Source: an uncultured Acinetobacter sp. (GTDB taxonomy: Bacteria > Cyanobacteriota > Vampirovibrionia > Gastranaerophilales > Gastranaerophilaceae). Taken from it: a stretch of 64,000 nucleotides of DNA. The DNA is taken from positions 20,426 through 84,425 of the forward strand of contig ONVC01000001.1 in the NCBI GenBank assembly GCA_900321205.1, given 5' to 3'. A model generated the notes under the pieces. The model was not told the origin of the DNA. It did no database searches and worked only from the letters and a program-made list of their open reading frames with translations. This document shows, piece after piece, positions 18,143-28,364 of the stretch. Positions within the stretch are counted from its first letter, which is position 1. Each line of letters begins with the position of its first letter. The translations under genes were made by a program, and so were the position numbers.

Positions 18143-21100
18143 TTATTTGTTAAAAACAAGTTTTCCGTTCTTGACTTCCCAGTTGCTTGTTAATCTAAAG
18201 ACTCGGAAGTAACCGTGTTCACCTTTACCTGACATGTTTGTGCCGTCAGAATAATCTCCCCAGTCGAGGTTGTCGGTTTCATCTGCATACGCTTGCCCGT
18301 TACCGTTTGTAATACTGATATGTCCGGGTTGTTCTTTATATTGTTCGGAGTTTCTGTCGGGAACCCAGCAAACTATATATCCGGCAGGTAAATTCGGAAG
18401 ATCGGTGCTGTTAATTTGTCTTCCCTTTCCGTTGCCGATATTTACAAACTTAACTTCTTCAAACATCTCAGGATGACGCTGGAAGAATGATATAGAACCT
18501 CTTGGTGTGCCTTCTTCCCAGTCGGACACATCTATACCGGCTGCTTTTACGGCTTCTCTGACACCTTGCAAACAGTGACCGGCACTGTTCATTCTGTTAG
18601 AAACTCTTTGTGCTGATTTTGCAAGTGCAGCAGATACGTCTGAAGTATTGGCAGTGTTTACACCTTTATCTTTTATTCCGGATGCAGAACTTGCACTACC
18701 ACCAAAGCCTCGTCTTTCGGCATTTTTTGAGAACTGCATTTTATTATATACGGGTGACATTAAGACGGCTGATTCAGGAATATCACTAAGCGCTGCGGTT
18801 TTTGAGCGTGAATTCAGGTATTCACGTTTGAATTTGAATTCGCTTTCTCTGATAAGTGTTCTGAAATCACTATTGATTATACGTGCTTCCTGAACGCTTA
18901 TTCCGTCATCAAATCTTACTCTGCCCTGTTTTTCTATTGTTTGTTTCAAGTTATTCAAATGGCTTAACAGTTTATTTACATCTGACCGGGTTAAGCTTGC
19001 AATTTCGCTTTCTCGTATGCCAAACTCAAAAGATAATTCACCGTTTTGTACGGCTTTGATTATTGCCTCTTTGTCCTGTTCGCTTATATTGTTATTTTTC
19101 TTCAGGCCGTTTTTCAGCATCTGTATTTCATCCTGCTTGTTCACAGGTTTATTAGAGTACATTTTTGGCATAAATATTACAGAACCCATAGGTCCGCTGT
19201 TATCCATAGGCTTAAAGTTCTTTAATACAGCCGAAGATTCTTGTTTTTCCTTCATTCTGGATATTGCCGTCTGTCTGTCTTCAGGGTTTTCCTTAATGCT
19301 GTATTTCTTTATGTACTGACGGGTTTTGTTAGTGTACGGATTCCCGGCAGGGTCTGCCGTACCTCTTCTTATAGCGGCACCGCCGTTATTCCAGAAATAA
19401 CAAATAGCATCTTCATCTGTAACTGTATTTACATATTCTTTTGTGTTGTATGTTTTTTCCAGTTTTCCTGTCCGGTGGTTAATTTCCCACCCTTCATTTG
19501 AGATGACTCTTCCGTTTGCAGCTTCAATGGAATCTTGTACTTTTTGGCTTTGGACTCTTTTGTTTATTGTTGCTAATATGACAATTGTCGCAAGTGCAGA
19601 TTTTTCTGTTGAATATTTCAAATCATTACCCGAAGTAATACCTAAGGCTTTAAACATAGCTGCTACTTCCGGCTCTTTTTTGGGGTCATTCCATTGTGTA
19701 TATTTAATTTGTGTCATTCCGTATGAATACATGTGGTTGTCTGTTACACCGGTGTCTCTTACACCAAAAATGGTATCAATTCTTTCAATAAATTTTTTTC
19801 CGGTACCAAATGACAATACATCTGTTTGGTCAAAGTTCGTTTCCTGCTCAGCAATAGCCATGGCTAATCTTGCAAGTTTATTGTAGGTGTCATTGTCAAT
19901 ATGTAATGATTTCATTAAACGTTCTTTGTTTTTTTCAAGAGATTTGGCAAATTCTTTTGCGCCTTCACTTGCATTTTCAGGTAGTTTAATTTCCATTGGA
20001 ACGGCTTCTGTAATTTTTGTTCCGTTTGTTTTTTTATAAGACGAACCGTGTTTAATCAAACTACGTTCAAGTAAACCGTATTTTTTTGTCTTTTCATTTA
20101 TACCATATGTTTCAAGAACTTCTTTACCATCTTTGTAGAAATATTTTGCAGAAGTTTTTTGTCCGTCTTTATTATATTCTTCTATAATTTTTGTAATACC
20201 GGCTTCTTTGAACATCGGTCCCGATGTAATGGTTTTAACTGTTGTACCGTTATCTTTTCTTTCTGTTGTTGCAACTTCCTTGTCATTATTTAATGAAGTT
20301 GCTTTCATTTTGTTGATTATTTTATTGCTTGCGTTTTCAATCCATACGGATAATTTGTTAACATCATCCAGGTCTTTATAATCGTTTTCATTTATACCGT
20401 TAATTCCAAGTTTTTTAGCCTGCAAAACGAGTTTTCTGCAAATTTGTGTTTTAACATCGTTGATTCCAACACCAATAAATTCTTTGTCGACATCCTCTGC
20501 AATACTTGTATGATACATTGCTTTGTATTGTTGAACAACAAATGCAACGTTAGTTGTACTGATTTTTGCAAGTATTGATTTAGTTATGCCGTTTGTCTTG
20601 TTTTCCCAAATTTTGCTGGCTTTTGTGCGGCTATTACCTTCAAAACTGTCTTTTAATGCACCGTGTAATTCTTTGGCTAACTTTTTAGCATCTTCTTCGA
20701 CCTTTTTTGTGTCGACATAATTTATACCTTTTAATGCATTGTTATAGTCAGAAGTGTTATTAAAAGCGGCATTATTTTTCTTTTCAGCTTCCAGCATTTT
20801 TGGATAAGCCATATTAAGCCACTTCATCATTACTTCGGGGTTTTTAACACCCTTTTGGGCATCACCGTAATAGATTCCTGTTGTTTTTGTTTCAGCGGCT
20901 CTTGAACATAAATTCTTACATAAATAGTTGTATATAAATGTACAATTTTTATCACCGTTGTTTAATAAATCACGTGATAAATGACGTTTATTTATGTCAT
21001 AATACATTTTCATTACGTAAGTAACGTTTTGCGGTGTAATCTTCTTTAATACAGGGTTTTTTGGAGAAGGTTTGCTTCCTAACGTTCTTACTATATCCAT

Positions 21101-21850
21101 AGCTTCTTCGTAGATTTTTTGAGTTTTGTTTTTATCTGTGTTGCTTTTAGCCGGTTTTTCAGTCCGCGGTGGTTCATCACCAAGTCCAAATCTCGGTTTT
21201 TTAGGTGCTGTCGGAGTCCTTCTGTTTTCAGAAGGCGGAGCCGGTGTTTCTTCATCTTTTGTGGGCGGAACCTGGCTCTCTTCATCTTGTACTGACGGAG
21301 ACGGGGTATTTTTTTGTCTTCTTGCGGCAAAATAATCATTATTAATATTCTGGGTTGTTTCGCTGTATTTACCTTCCGTTTTCAGGGCTTCTATTTTATC
21401 TTTGAAATCACCCGGCAGTGCAATAATATCACCTACTCTGAAACCGTATTTAAAATATATACCATTCTGTTTTGCAATATTTTTTATATTTTGTGCAAAT
21501 TCCTTTGCTTCCGCCCCTTCTAAGCCCATTTTTTCAGCTATTACTTCCGGTGTATCTTTTGGTTGAATAATATATAAAGTATTTTTTCTTACGGCAAGTT
21601 TGTTTGAGTTTGCATTTTGTTCTATGTTATTAAAATTTTCTTCCGTAAATTCAAGTGCTTCTTGTTCGTTAAGACCGTCTTCACCGAATTCAACTTCACC
21701 GTTTAGGTACATTGACAACAATTTCTGAGCCTGAGCTTTATTGATGATATTTTTTTCAAACAAACTGTTTATGCTCTTTTCGGTACGCTCACGAGCCTCT
21801 GTTGTTTGGCATTTGAAATGGTTGTAATTTACATCACCAATATTTCCCAT
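18143..21850 (-). CDS. Large multidomain putative peptidoglycan hydrolase (LysM-like, helical repeats, lysozyme/SLT-like, C-terminal CHAP/NlpC-like)
   Basis: LysM-like YIIQPKDT..VIA...VGDIIALP; Pro-rich linker; AMAIAEQETNF...SYGMTQIK; GHCLQGVREAV...LPAGYIVCW...GHISI (Cys-His). No Sec signal. Confidence 0.7.
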   Translation of the reverse strand: MGNIGDVNYNHFKCQTTEARERTEKSINSLFEKNIINKAQAQKLLSMYLNGEVEFGEDGLNEQEALEFTEENFNNIEQNANSNKLAVRKNTLYIIQPKDTPEVIAEKMGLEGAEAKEFAQNIKNIAKQNGIYFKYGFRVGDIIALPGDFKDKIEALKTEGKYSETTQNINNDYFAARRQKNTPSPSVQDEESQVPPTKDEETPAPPSENRRTPTAPKKPRFGLGDEPPRTEKPAKSNTDKNKTQKIYEEAMDIVRTLGSKPSPKNPVLKKITPQNVTYVMKMYYDINKRHLSRDLLNNGDKNCTFIYNYLCKNLCSRAAETKTTGIYYGDAQKGVKNPEVMMKWLNMAYPKMLEAEKKNNAAFNNTSDYNNALKGINYVDTKKVEEDAKKLAKELHGALKDSFEGNSRTKASKIWENKTNGITKSILAKISTTNVAFVVQQYKAMYHTSIAEDVDKEFIGVGINDVKTQICRKLVLQAKKLGINGINENDYKDLDDVNKLSVWIENASNKIINKMKATSLNNDKEVATTERKDNGTTVKTITSGPMFKEAGITKIIEEYNKDGQKTSAKYFYKDGKEVLETYGINEKTKKYGLLERSLIKHGSSYKKTNGTKITEAVPMEIKLPENASEGAKEFAKSLEKNKERLMKSLHIDNDTYNKLARLAMAIAEQETNFDQTDVLSFGTGKKFIERIDTIFGVRDTGVTDNHMYSYGMTQIKYTQWNDPKKEPEVAAMFKALGITSGNDLKYSTEKSALATIVILATINKRVQSQKVQDSIEAANGRVISNEGWEINHRTGKLEKTYNTKEYVNTVTDEDAICYFWNNGGAAIRRGTADPAGNPYTNKTRQYIKKYSIKENPEDRQTAISRMKEKQESSAVLKNFKPMDNSGPMGSVIFMPKMYSNKPVNKQDEIQMLKNGLKKNNNISEQDKEAIIKAVQNGELSFEFGIRESEIASLTRSDVNKLLSHLNNLKQTIEKQGRVRFDDGISVQEARIINSDFRTLIRESEFKFKREYLNSRSKTAALSDIPESAVLMSPVYNKMQFSKNAERRGFGGSASSASGIKDKGVNTANTSDVSAALAKSAQRVSNRMNSAGHCLQGVREAVKAAGIDVSDWEEGTPRGSISFFQRHPEMFEEVKFVNIGNGKGRQINSTDLPNLPAGYIVCWVPDRNSEQYKEQPGHISITNGNGQAYADETDNLDWGDYSDGTNMSGKGEHGYFRVFRLTSNWEVKNGKLVFNK

Positions 21851-21885
21851 ATTCCCAATCCTTATCTTTGTTAATTCTTATTTTT

Positions 21886-21912
21886 TTATCGGCACTTTTG
21901 TCGAAAACTTTA
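21886..21912 (-). promoter_or_regulatory. Sigma-28 (FliA) promoter of the 1235-aa hydrolase gene
   Basis: Perfect TAAA-N15-GCCGATAA on the minus strand, 35 nt upstream of the ATG. Confidence 0.8.
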
Positions 21913-21929
21913 AGACTTTTGATGTTTTT

Positions 21930-21947
21930 GTTACAAAAGTTTACAAT
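21930..21947 (+). promoter_or_regulatory. HLR1-like tandem repeat
   Basis: GTTACAAA-AG-TTTACAAT, a perfect HLR1 consensus match. Confidence 0.65.
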
Positions 21948-22035
21948 GAATATAACTTATAAAAATAATTTTAAAAAATTAAAAAAAGATATGTCAGAGT
22001 GGTTAAAAACGAAGAAAAAAGTGTTTTTTAAGATA

Positions 22036-22053
22036 TTTGTAAACATTTGTAAC
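22036..22053 (-). promoter_or_regulatory. HLR1-like tandem repeat
   Basis: Minus strand GTTACAAA-TG-TTTACAAA, a perfect HLR1 consensus match. Confidence 0.65.
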
Positions 22054-22131
22054 AAAATCTTCCTCTTTTGAAATTCGATATTTTTTAAATACTTAATATA
22101 TATGTAAGATTTAAAAAGATGGTGAACAAAG

Positions 22132-22563
22132 ATGGCAATCGCAAATTTACACGAAACATTATTAAGCTATACACTAAGAAAGAATCAGTTAAATTTTGAG
22201 ATTTCTCAGTTACAGACACAGAAAAATTTAGCACTGTATTCACAGGCGGATGCTATGTCTATCAAAGCTCAGGATGAACAAGAACTGAGAGAATTTTATA
22301 AAGCATTATATGAAAGTGATTCAGATTATCAGGGCAAATATGCGGATTATACTCAGATACCTGATTTTGAAGCAGAATTGGATAAAATAGCAGCAACTTA
22401 CCAGGAACAACTTGAACAATTAAACGCTTGGGAAACTCAGCTTGATGCTCAAATCACAACAAACAGCGCAGAACTTGAAGAAATCAATGCATATATGGAA
22501 TCAACAAAATCAATGCTTTCAAGCAACATTCAGGAAGATTTTAATTACGGACTGAACTCATAA
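22132..22563 (+). CDS. Helical/coiled-coil hypothetical protein, no signal peptide
   Basis: 143-aa ORF with heptads at both termini, own promoter and terminator. Confidence 0.8.
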   Translation: MAIANLHETLLSYTLRKNQLNFEISQLQTQKNLALYSQADAMSIKAQDEQELREFYKALYESDSDYQGKYADYTQIPDFEAELDKIAATYQEQLEQLNAWETQLDAQITTNSAELEEINAYMESTKSMLSSNIQEDFNYGLNS

Positions 22564-22588
22564 TACAGGATATAATCAGAGAGAATAT

Positions 22589-22618
22589 AAAAAAGGATGG
22601 CTCGGCTATCCTTTTTTT
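22589..22618 (+). terminator. Intrinsic terminator
   Basis: AAAAAAGGATGGC-tcg-GCTATCCTTTTTTT. Confidence 0.8.
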
Positions 22619-22649
22619 ATACGTTTGGTATTCATGCTAATATTGATAT

Positions 22650-23576
22650 ATGGATGATTTTAAACATTATACGGTAATGCTTAATGAAGCTGTTGACGCT
22701 CTGGAATGTAGAGACGGAAAAATTTATGTGGATTGTACTCTCGGAGGCGGCGGTCACAGTGAACTTATTCTGAAAAGAATACAACCGAACGGAAGGCTGA
22801 TTGCTTTCGATATTGATGACGAAGCTATTGCCCATTCCAGAGAACGTTTAAAAGATTATAAAAATTTAACGATAGTAAGGTCTTCATATACAAATATAAA
22901 GCAGGAGCTGAATAAACTCGGAATAGAAAAGATAACCGGCGGTGTAATTCTTGACCTGGGTGCATCATATCATCAGCTTACAAAACAGGAACGCGGTTTT
23001 TCTTTTTCAAAGGATGCTCCTCTGGATATGAGGTTTGATATGTCTGCTGATTTTAGTGCATATGACGTTATAAATACGTATAAAGAGGACGATTTAGTAA
23101 GGATTTTTAGTGAGTATGGAGAAGAAAGATTTTCAAAACGGATTGCAAAATCGATTGTGGAAGCTAGAAGGGTTAAGCCGATTGGAACAACGAAAGAACT
23201 TGCTGATATTATTGTTAAAGCGACTCCTCATATTAAGTCTAATATACACCCTGCTACAAGAGTGTTTCAGGCTGTTCGGATAGAGGTTAATAATGAGTTA
23301 AAAAATGTTAAGAATGTTTTGAATGATATATTGGCATTAGTCGATGTTGGTGGTATAATTAGTGTCATAAGTTTTCATTCTCTGGAGGATAGAATTGTTA
23401 AACAATTCTTTAAGAGGGAAAGCCAAAAGTGCAGATGTAATAATATGATTTGCACTTGTGAACCGCCAAAAATAGAGCTTGTAAACAAAAAGCCTATTAT
23501 GGCAGGGGAGATTGAATTAAAAGAAAATCCGCCATCAAGAAGTGCAAAGTTAAGAGTCGCAAGATGTATTAACTGA
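22650..23576 (+). CDS. rsmH: 16S rRNA m4C1402 methyltransferase RsmH
   Basis: H..VML.E, VDCTLGGGGHS, PLDMR, HPATRVFQA.RIEVN.EL, SFHSLEDR.VK, NP.SRSAKLR. Confidence 0.96.
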   Translation: MDDFKHYTVMLNEAVDALECRDGKIYVDCTLGGGGHSELILKRIQPNGRLIAFDIDDEAIAHSRERLKDYKNLTIVRSSYTNIKQELNKLGIEKITGGVILDLGASYHQLTKQERGFSFSKDAPLDMRFDMSADFSAYDVINTYKEDDLVRIFSEYGEERFSKRIAKSIVEARRVKPIGTTKELADIIVKATPHIKSNIHPATRVFQAVRIEVNNELKNVKNVLNDILALVDVGGIISVISFHSLEDRIVKQFFKRESQKCRCNNMICTCEPPKIELVNKKPIMAGEIELKENPPSRSAKLRVARCIN

Positions 23577-23676
23577 CTTTAGCGGAGTAGGATATATGAT
23601 TATAGCTGTCGGGCTGTTAGGATACGCGGAAGTATAACAGTTTTGATGTTTGTTTTTGGAGTGAGGAGATTTACTT

Positions 23677-24216
23677 TTGGTTGCTGGGATTAAGGTAAAT
23701 ACCAATGACAATAATAGGTTTGGTTTGGATAATCTGATAAAAAAATTGTCCGGTGAAACAAAAAAAGAATATACTTATGTAGAAAATGTGGCCAGAAGTT
23801 CTTTTGTCGACAAATCTGTACAAAAACTGGTTGATAATAGTATAATAGAAGGGTATTTCCCTAAGGAGAATCTTGTAAAAGATATGGCGATAAAAAGAGT
23901 AAATAAATCACTTTGTATAATTTTAAGCATACTGGTTGCGGTTGTTGTTATCAGTTATTATTTTGTGATTTCCTGCGAGATAAAGCTCAATGATATCAGT
24001 CGTCAGACTGTTATTTTAAATAATGAAAATGAAGAGTTGCAAAACAGGTTGGACAGTTTGAAATCTTTTAATAACGTAGACAAGACATTACAGCAAAACA
24101 ATTTACTCCAAAGACCGGGACAGGTTATTGAAACTCCGGAGGTTCAGGCATCCGGAGAAAATAACGGTAAAAATAATTCTGCCCAAAAAGTATTTAATCA
24201 CGCAATAGGTTTTTAA
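23677..24216 (+). CDS. FtsL-like bitopic coiled-coil protein
   Basis: Single TM helix plus leucine-zipper-like segment. Position immediately after rsmH matches canonical rsmH-ftsL synteny. Start uncertain (TTG with RBS GAGGAG). Confidence 0.55.
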   Translation: MVAGIKVNTNDNNRFGLDNLIKKLSGETKKEYTYVENVARSSFVDKSVQKLVDNSIIEGYFPKENLVKDMAIKRVNKSLCIILSILVAVVVISYYFVISCEIKLNDISRQTVILNNENEELQNRLDSLKSFNNVDKTLQQNNLLQRPGQVIETPEVQASGENNGKNNSAQKVFNHAIGF

Positions 24217-25137
24217 ATGTTTAAACTCGTATGCGGAGCTGGAAATGAGGATACGGAAAGCGTAAAGCGGCTGGTTTTTGTGTACGCAAAAGCCGGGTGC
24301 GATATTTTTGATTTATCTGCCAGAAAAGAGATTCTGCAAGCTGCAAAAGAGGGTGCTGAGTTATCTGCAAGAACAGACGTCAAGTACTGTGTAAGTATCG
24401 GTATAAAAGGCGATAAACATATTTCCAAGGCAAAGATTAACGGAGGTAAATGTACAAAGTGCGGTAATTGTGTGAGGTCTTGTCCGAATGATGCCGTATA
24501 TTCTTCCATAATTATTGATGAAAAGAAGTGTATAGGCTGCGGTAACTGTTTTAAGAAGTGTCCGACAGGAGCAATCTCTATGGAAGAAAAGGATGTAAAC
24601 TACCGTGAGATTCTTCCTTATATGGTGAAAAACGGAGTTGAGATTCTTGAGCTTCATATAATGGGGCATGATAAAACAGACCTTGCAAATAAATGGCAGG
24701 TAATAAACGAGTGTGAACCGAAATTTGCATCAATTTGTATAGACAGGGAAAACTTCGGTAACAAAGAAGTTCTGGAAAGAATAAAAAATATGATATCCGT
24801 AAGGAAAGACTATACAACAATAATTCAGGCTGACGGAGTACCTATGAGCGGCGGAAGTGATGATTTTAAGACAACTCTTCAGGCTGTTGCTATGGCAGAA
24901 GTTATTCAGAATGCAGAGCTTCCTGTTTATATAATGCTGTCCGGAGGTACAAACTCTAAGACTGCTGAACTTGCGAAGATGTGTGGTATAAATTATTGGG
25001 GAATTGCAATAGGTTCCTGGGCAAGAAAAATTGTTAAGCCGTTTGTTTCAAAAGAAAATTTCTGGGAAGATGAAACGGCTCAAAAAGAAGCGATAAATAT
25101 TGCAAAAAAGCTTGTAGAGAGTTGTAAACAGTCTTAA
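24217..25137 (+). CDS. ldpA: LdpA-family 2x[4Fe-4S] ferredoxin-domain protein
   Basis: FKLVCGA N-terminus, two CxxCxxCxxxCP motifs, ELH, QADG.PMSG, LSGGTN..T. Confidence 0.8.
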   Translation: MFKLVCGAGNEDTESVKRLVFVYAKAGCDIFDLSARKEILQAAKEGAELSARTDVKYCVSIGIKGDKHISKAKINGGKCTKCGNCVRSCPNDAVYSSIIIDEKKCIGCGNCFKKCPTGAISMEEKDVNYREILPYMVKNGVEILELHIMGHDKTDLANKWQVINECEPKFASICIDRENFGNKEVLERIKNMISVRKDYTTIIQADGVPMSGGSDDFKTTLQAVAMAEVIQNAELPVYIMLSGGTNSKTAELAKMCGINYWGIAIGSWARKIVKPFVSKENFWEDETAQKEAINIAKKLVESCKQS

Positions 25138-25205
25138 TATATTTACATTTACCCGAGTTTATGCTCTAATGGACATGATGAGGACAAAATAATTAAGGAG
25201 AGATT

Positions 25206-25694
25206 ATGGCATCAGAAGAAAGAACATTTGTTGCAATTAAGCCTGACGGAGTAAAAAGAGGTTTAATAGGGAGAGTAGTACAGAGATTTGAGGATAAAGG
25301 ATTCAAAATAGTGGGTATGAAGCTGTTGCAAGTCACTCCGGAAATGGCAGCAAAGCACTATGAAGAACATCAGGGAAAACCTTTTTATAAAAGACTTATT
25401 TATTACATAACCAGTGCGCCGATTGTTGCTATGGTTATAGAAGGTTATAACGCAGTAGAAAGTGTTCGTCATACTGTAGGTGCAACAAATCCGATGAACG
25501 CTGATGTAGGAACTATTCGTGCAGACTTTGGACAGATAATGGAATACAATATTGTTCACGCTTCTGATTCTTTGGCAAGTGCAGAAAGAGAAATCAATAT
25601 TTACTTTAAACCTGAAGAAATTTATGATAACTGGCAATCCATGTCAGAAATTATTGCTTATGATGAAGAAAGATATAATCAGCAGGGAATATAG
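25206..25694 (+). CDS. ndk: Nucleoside diphosphate kinase
   Basis: ERTFVAIKPDGV.RGLIG, GATNP, GTIRADF, NIVHASDS. Confidence 0.96.
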   Translation: MASEERTFVAIKPDGVKRGLIGRVVQRFEDKGFKIVGMKLLQVTPEMAAKHYEEHQGKPFYKRLIYYITSAPIVAMVIEGYNAVESVRHTVGATNPMNADVGTIRADFGQIMEYNIVHASDSLASAEREINIYFKPEEIYDNWQSMSEIIAYDEERYNQQGI

Positions 25695-25717
25695 AAATTG
25701 TATATAAACTAAAATAG

Positions 25718-25754
25718 AGAGTGAGTCGGGAATTTTGCCCGACTCACTCTTTTT
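25718..25754 (+). terminator. Intrinsic terminator
   Basis: AGAGTGAGTCGGG-aattttg-CCCGACTCACTCT-TTTT. Confidence 0.85.
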
Positions 25755-25817
25755 AGGGTTGTGGAGTAAATAAAATATGATATAATGTTTATATAGATAT
25801 GTAGTAGGATTTTAATT

Positions 25818-26444
25818 ATGGCACTATCACCCGTCGGTACATCTTCAGATTATGCTTTTTGCATGCCTTCAAGCGCTCTGAATTCAAGAGTGCCGGCTCT
25901 TAACAGCAACTCCCGAACCAATGGTTTAAGTGATGCTTATTTTGCTAAAAAGGGTGAGCCGATGTATATGCAGGAAATGGATGCCGACGAAGACGGTATC
26001 GTTTCTTTTGACGAATTTAAAGATTACTGTAAAGAAAACGGTATTTCATCAAAACAGATGGCAAAAATGGTTCAGATGGGGAATTCTTATCGTGAACTAA
26101 TGAACCAAATACAGGGTAATAATAAAAAATCAAATATCGTAAATGTTCAGGTCGGAGATTTATTAGAGAAGATAAACTCCAAAAATGATGATAAAATTTA
26201 CGCAGTACGTGGCGATGACAAATACGATGAAACCATCGATACTAATGCTGATGATAAAATTACCTACAAAGAGTATGTTGATTACTGTGTAGAGCACGCT
26301 AAAACAAACGAGCAAAAATCAAATACCAAAGTCGAGAAAACTGGGAATGGAGTGTTTAAAACATCAAGCTATGGAAAAGCTATTAATGCTTATGCGCGCA
26401 GCGAAGCTCAGACAACTGAAAGTATGTTTGAATACGAAGTTTAG
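25818..26444 (+). CDS. EF-hand repeat hypothetical protein
   Basis: DADEDGIVSFDEF and DTNADDKITYKEY loops within a duplicated ~35-aa unit. Confidence 0.75.
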   Translation: MALSPVGTSSDYAFCMPSSALNSRVPALNSNSRTNGLSDAYFAKKGEPMYMQEMDADEDGIVSFDEFKDYCKENGISSKQMAKMVQMGNSYRELMNQIQGNNKKSNIVNVQVGDLLEKINSKNDDKIYAVRGDDKYDETIDTNADDKITYKEYVDYCVEHAKTNEQKSNTKVEKTGNGVFKTSSYGKAINAYARSEAQTTESMFEYEV

Positions 26445-26500
26445 TGGTGAAACTTGTATATTTCTGTTAGAATGATGGGGTAAATTTAGGGGAAATATAA

Positions 26501-27631
<1,131 letters not shown>

Positions 27632-27640
27632 AAAATTCTT

Positions 27641-28246
27641 TTATTTTAAAGTATTCACTGAAAAATCTTTAGAAAATTCCACAAAATCAAAATGGTCTTC
27701 CAAAGCTTCTTTTAAGTTGTTTTTGTCAGAAGCAAGCACGTCATCAATTGGTTTCCCGAATATGTACATATTGTTATTCAGAACAAGAGTATTAAGTCTT
27801 GTTTTTATCCCGTCACTACGTTGTGCAGCAATAACAGAAGTCGGAATGCCTTCTTTTTGCAGGGCTTCATAAATTGTTTCTATCAAATCCATGCTTTGTT
27901 CGGAAACAGGATTATGCGGATTATATTCAATTCCTCCCGTGATAAAAGCGTGTATTTCATCCATCGACTTTTTCATACGTCCTCTGAGACCTTCTATAAT
28001 ATCGCTGATTCTTTCCCCGATGTTGTTAATGCTTTCCAGTTCGGGTGCCGAGTGTGCTTCAAATTTATCTTTGCCTCCCCAGGCTGTTAATTTTATGCAC
28101 GGTCCGAGACCTTCAACCAGCGTTCTTGTATTAACGTGATGGTATTGACCTTTATTTAGAGTTAAGTCGTGTCCGAGTGAGTTACCTATAACAATGGCAT
28201 TTTTTGTAGTCGGTATAACTTTTTTTGAGGCAAGATAAAAATTCAT
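27641..28246 (-). CDS. CheD/CNF1-like Cys-His deamidase-fold hypothetical protein
   Basis: GLGPCI...AHSAP...AFITGG parallels CheD GLGSCV...H..LP...K..GG. Start ATG 28246 with RBS AGGAG. Confidence 0.5.
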   Translation of the reverse strand: MNFYLASKKVIPTTKNAIVIGNSLGHDLTLNKGQYHHVNTRTLVEGLGPCIKLTAWGGKDKFEAHSAPELESINNIGERISDIIEGLRGRMKKSMDEIHAFITGGIEYNPHNPVSEQSMDLIETIYEALQKEGIPTSVIAAQRSDGIKTRLNTLVLNNNMYIFGKPIDDVLASDKNNLKEALEDHFDFVEFSKDFSVNTLK

Positions 28247-28306
28247 ATAAAAACTCCTATATATGAATATATGAAAACAGGTAAAAATAAATTTTGCCAA
28301 GAAACG

Positions 28307-28345
28307 AAAGAGGGCGGATTTGGTAAAACCAAATCCGCCCTCTTT
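28307..28345 (-). terminator. thrS terminator
   Basis: AAAGAGGGCGGATTTGGT-aaa-ACCAAATCCGCCCTCTTT. Confidence 0.85.
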
Positions 28346-28364
28346 ATCAGTAATGCTTAAATTT

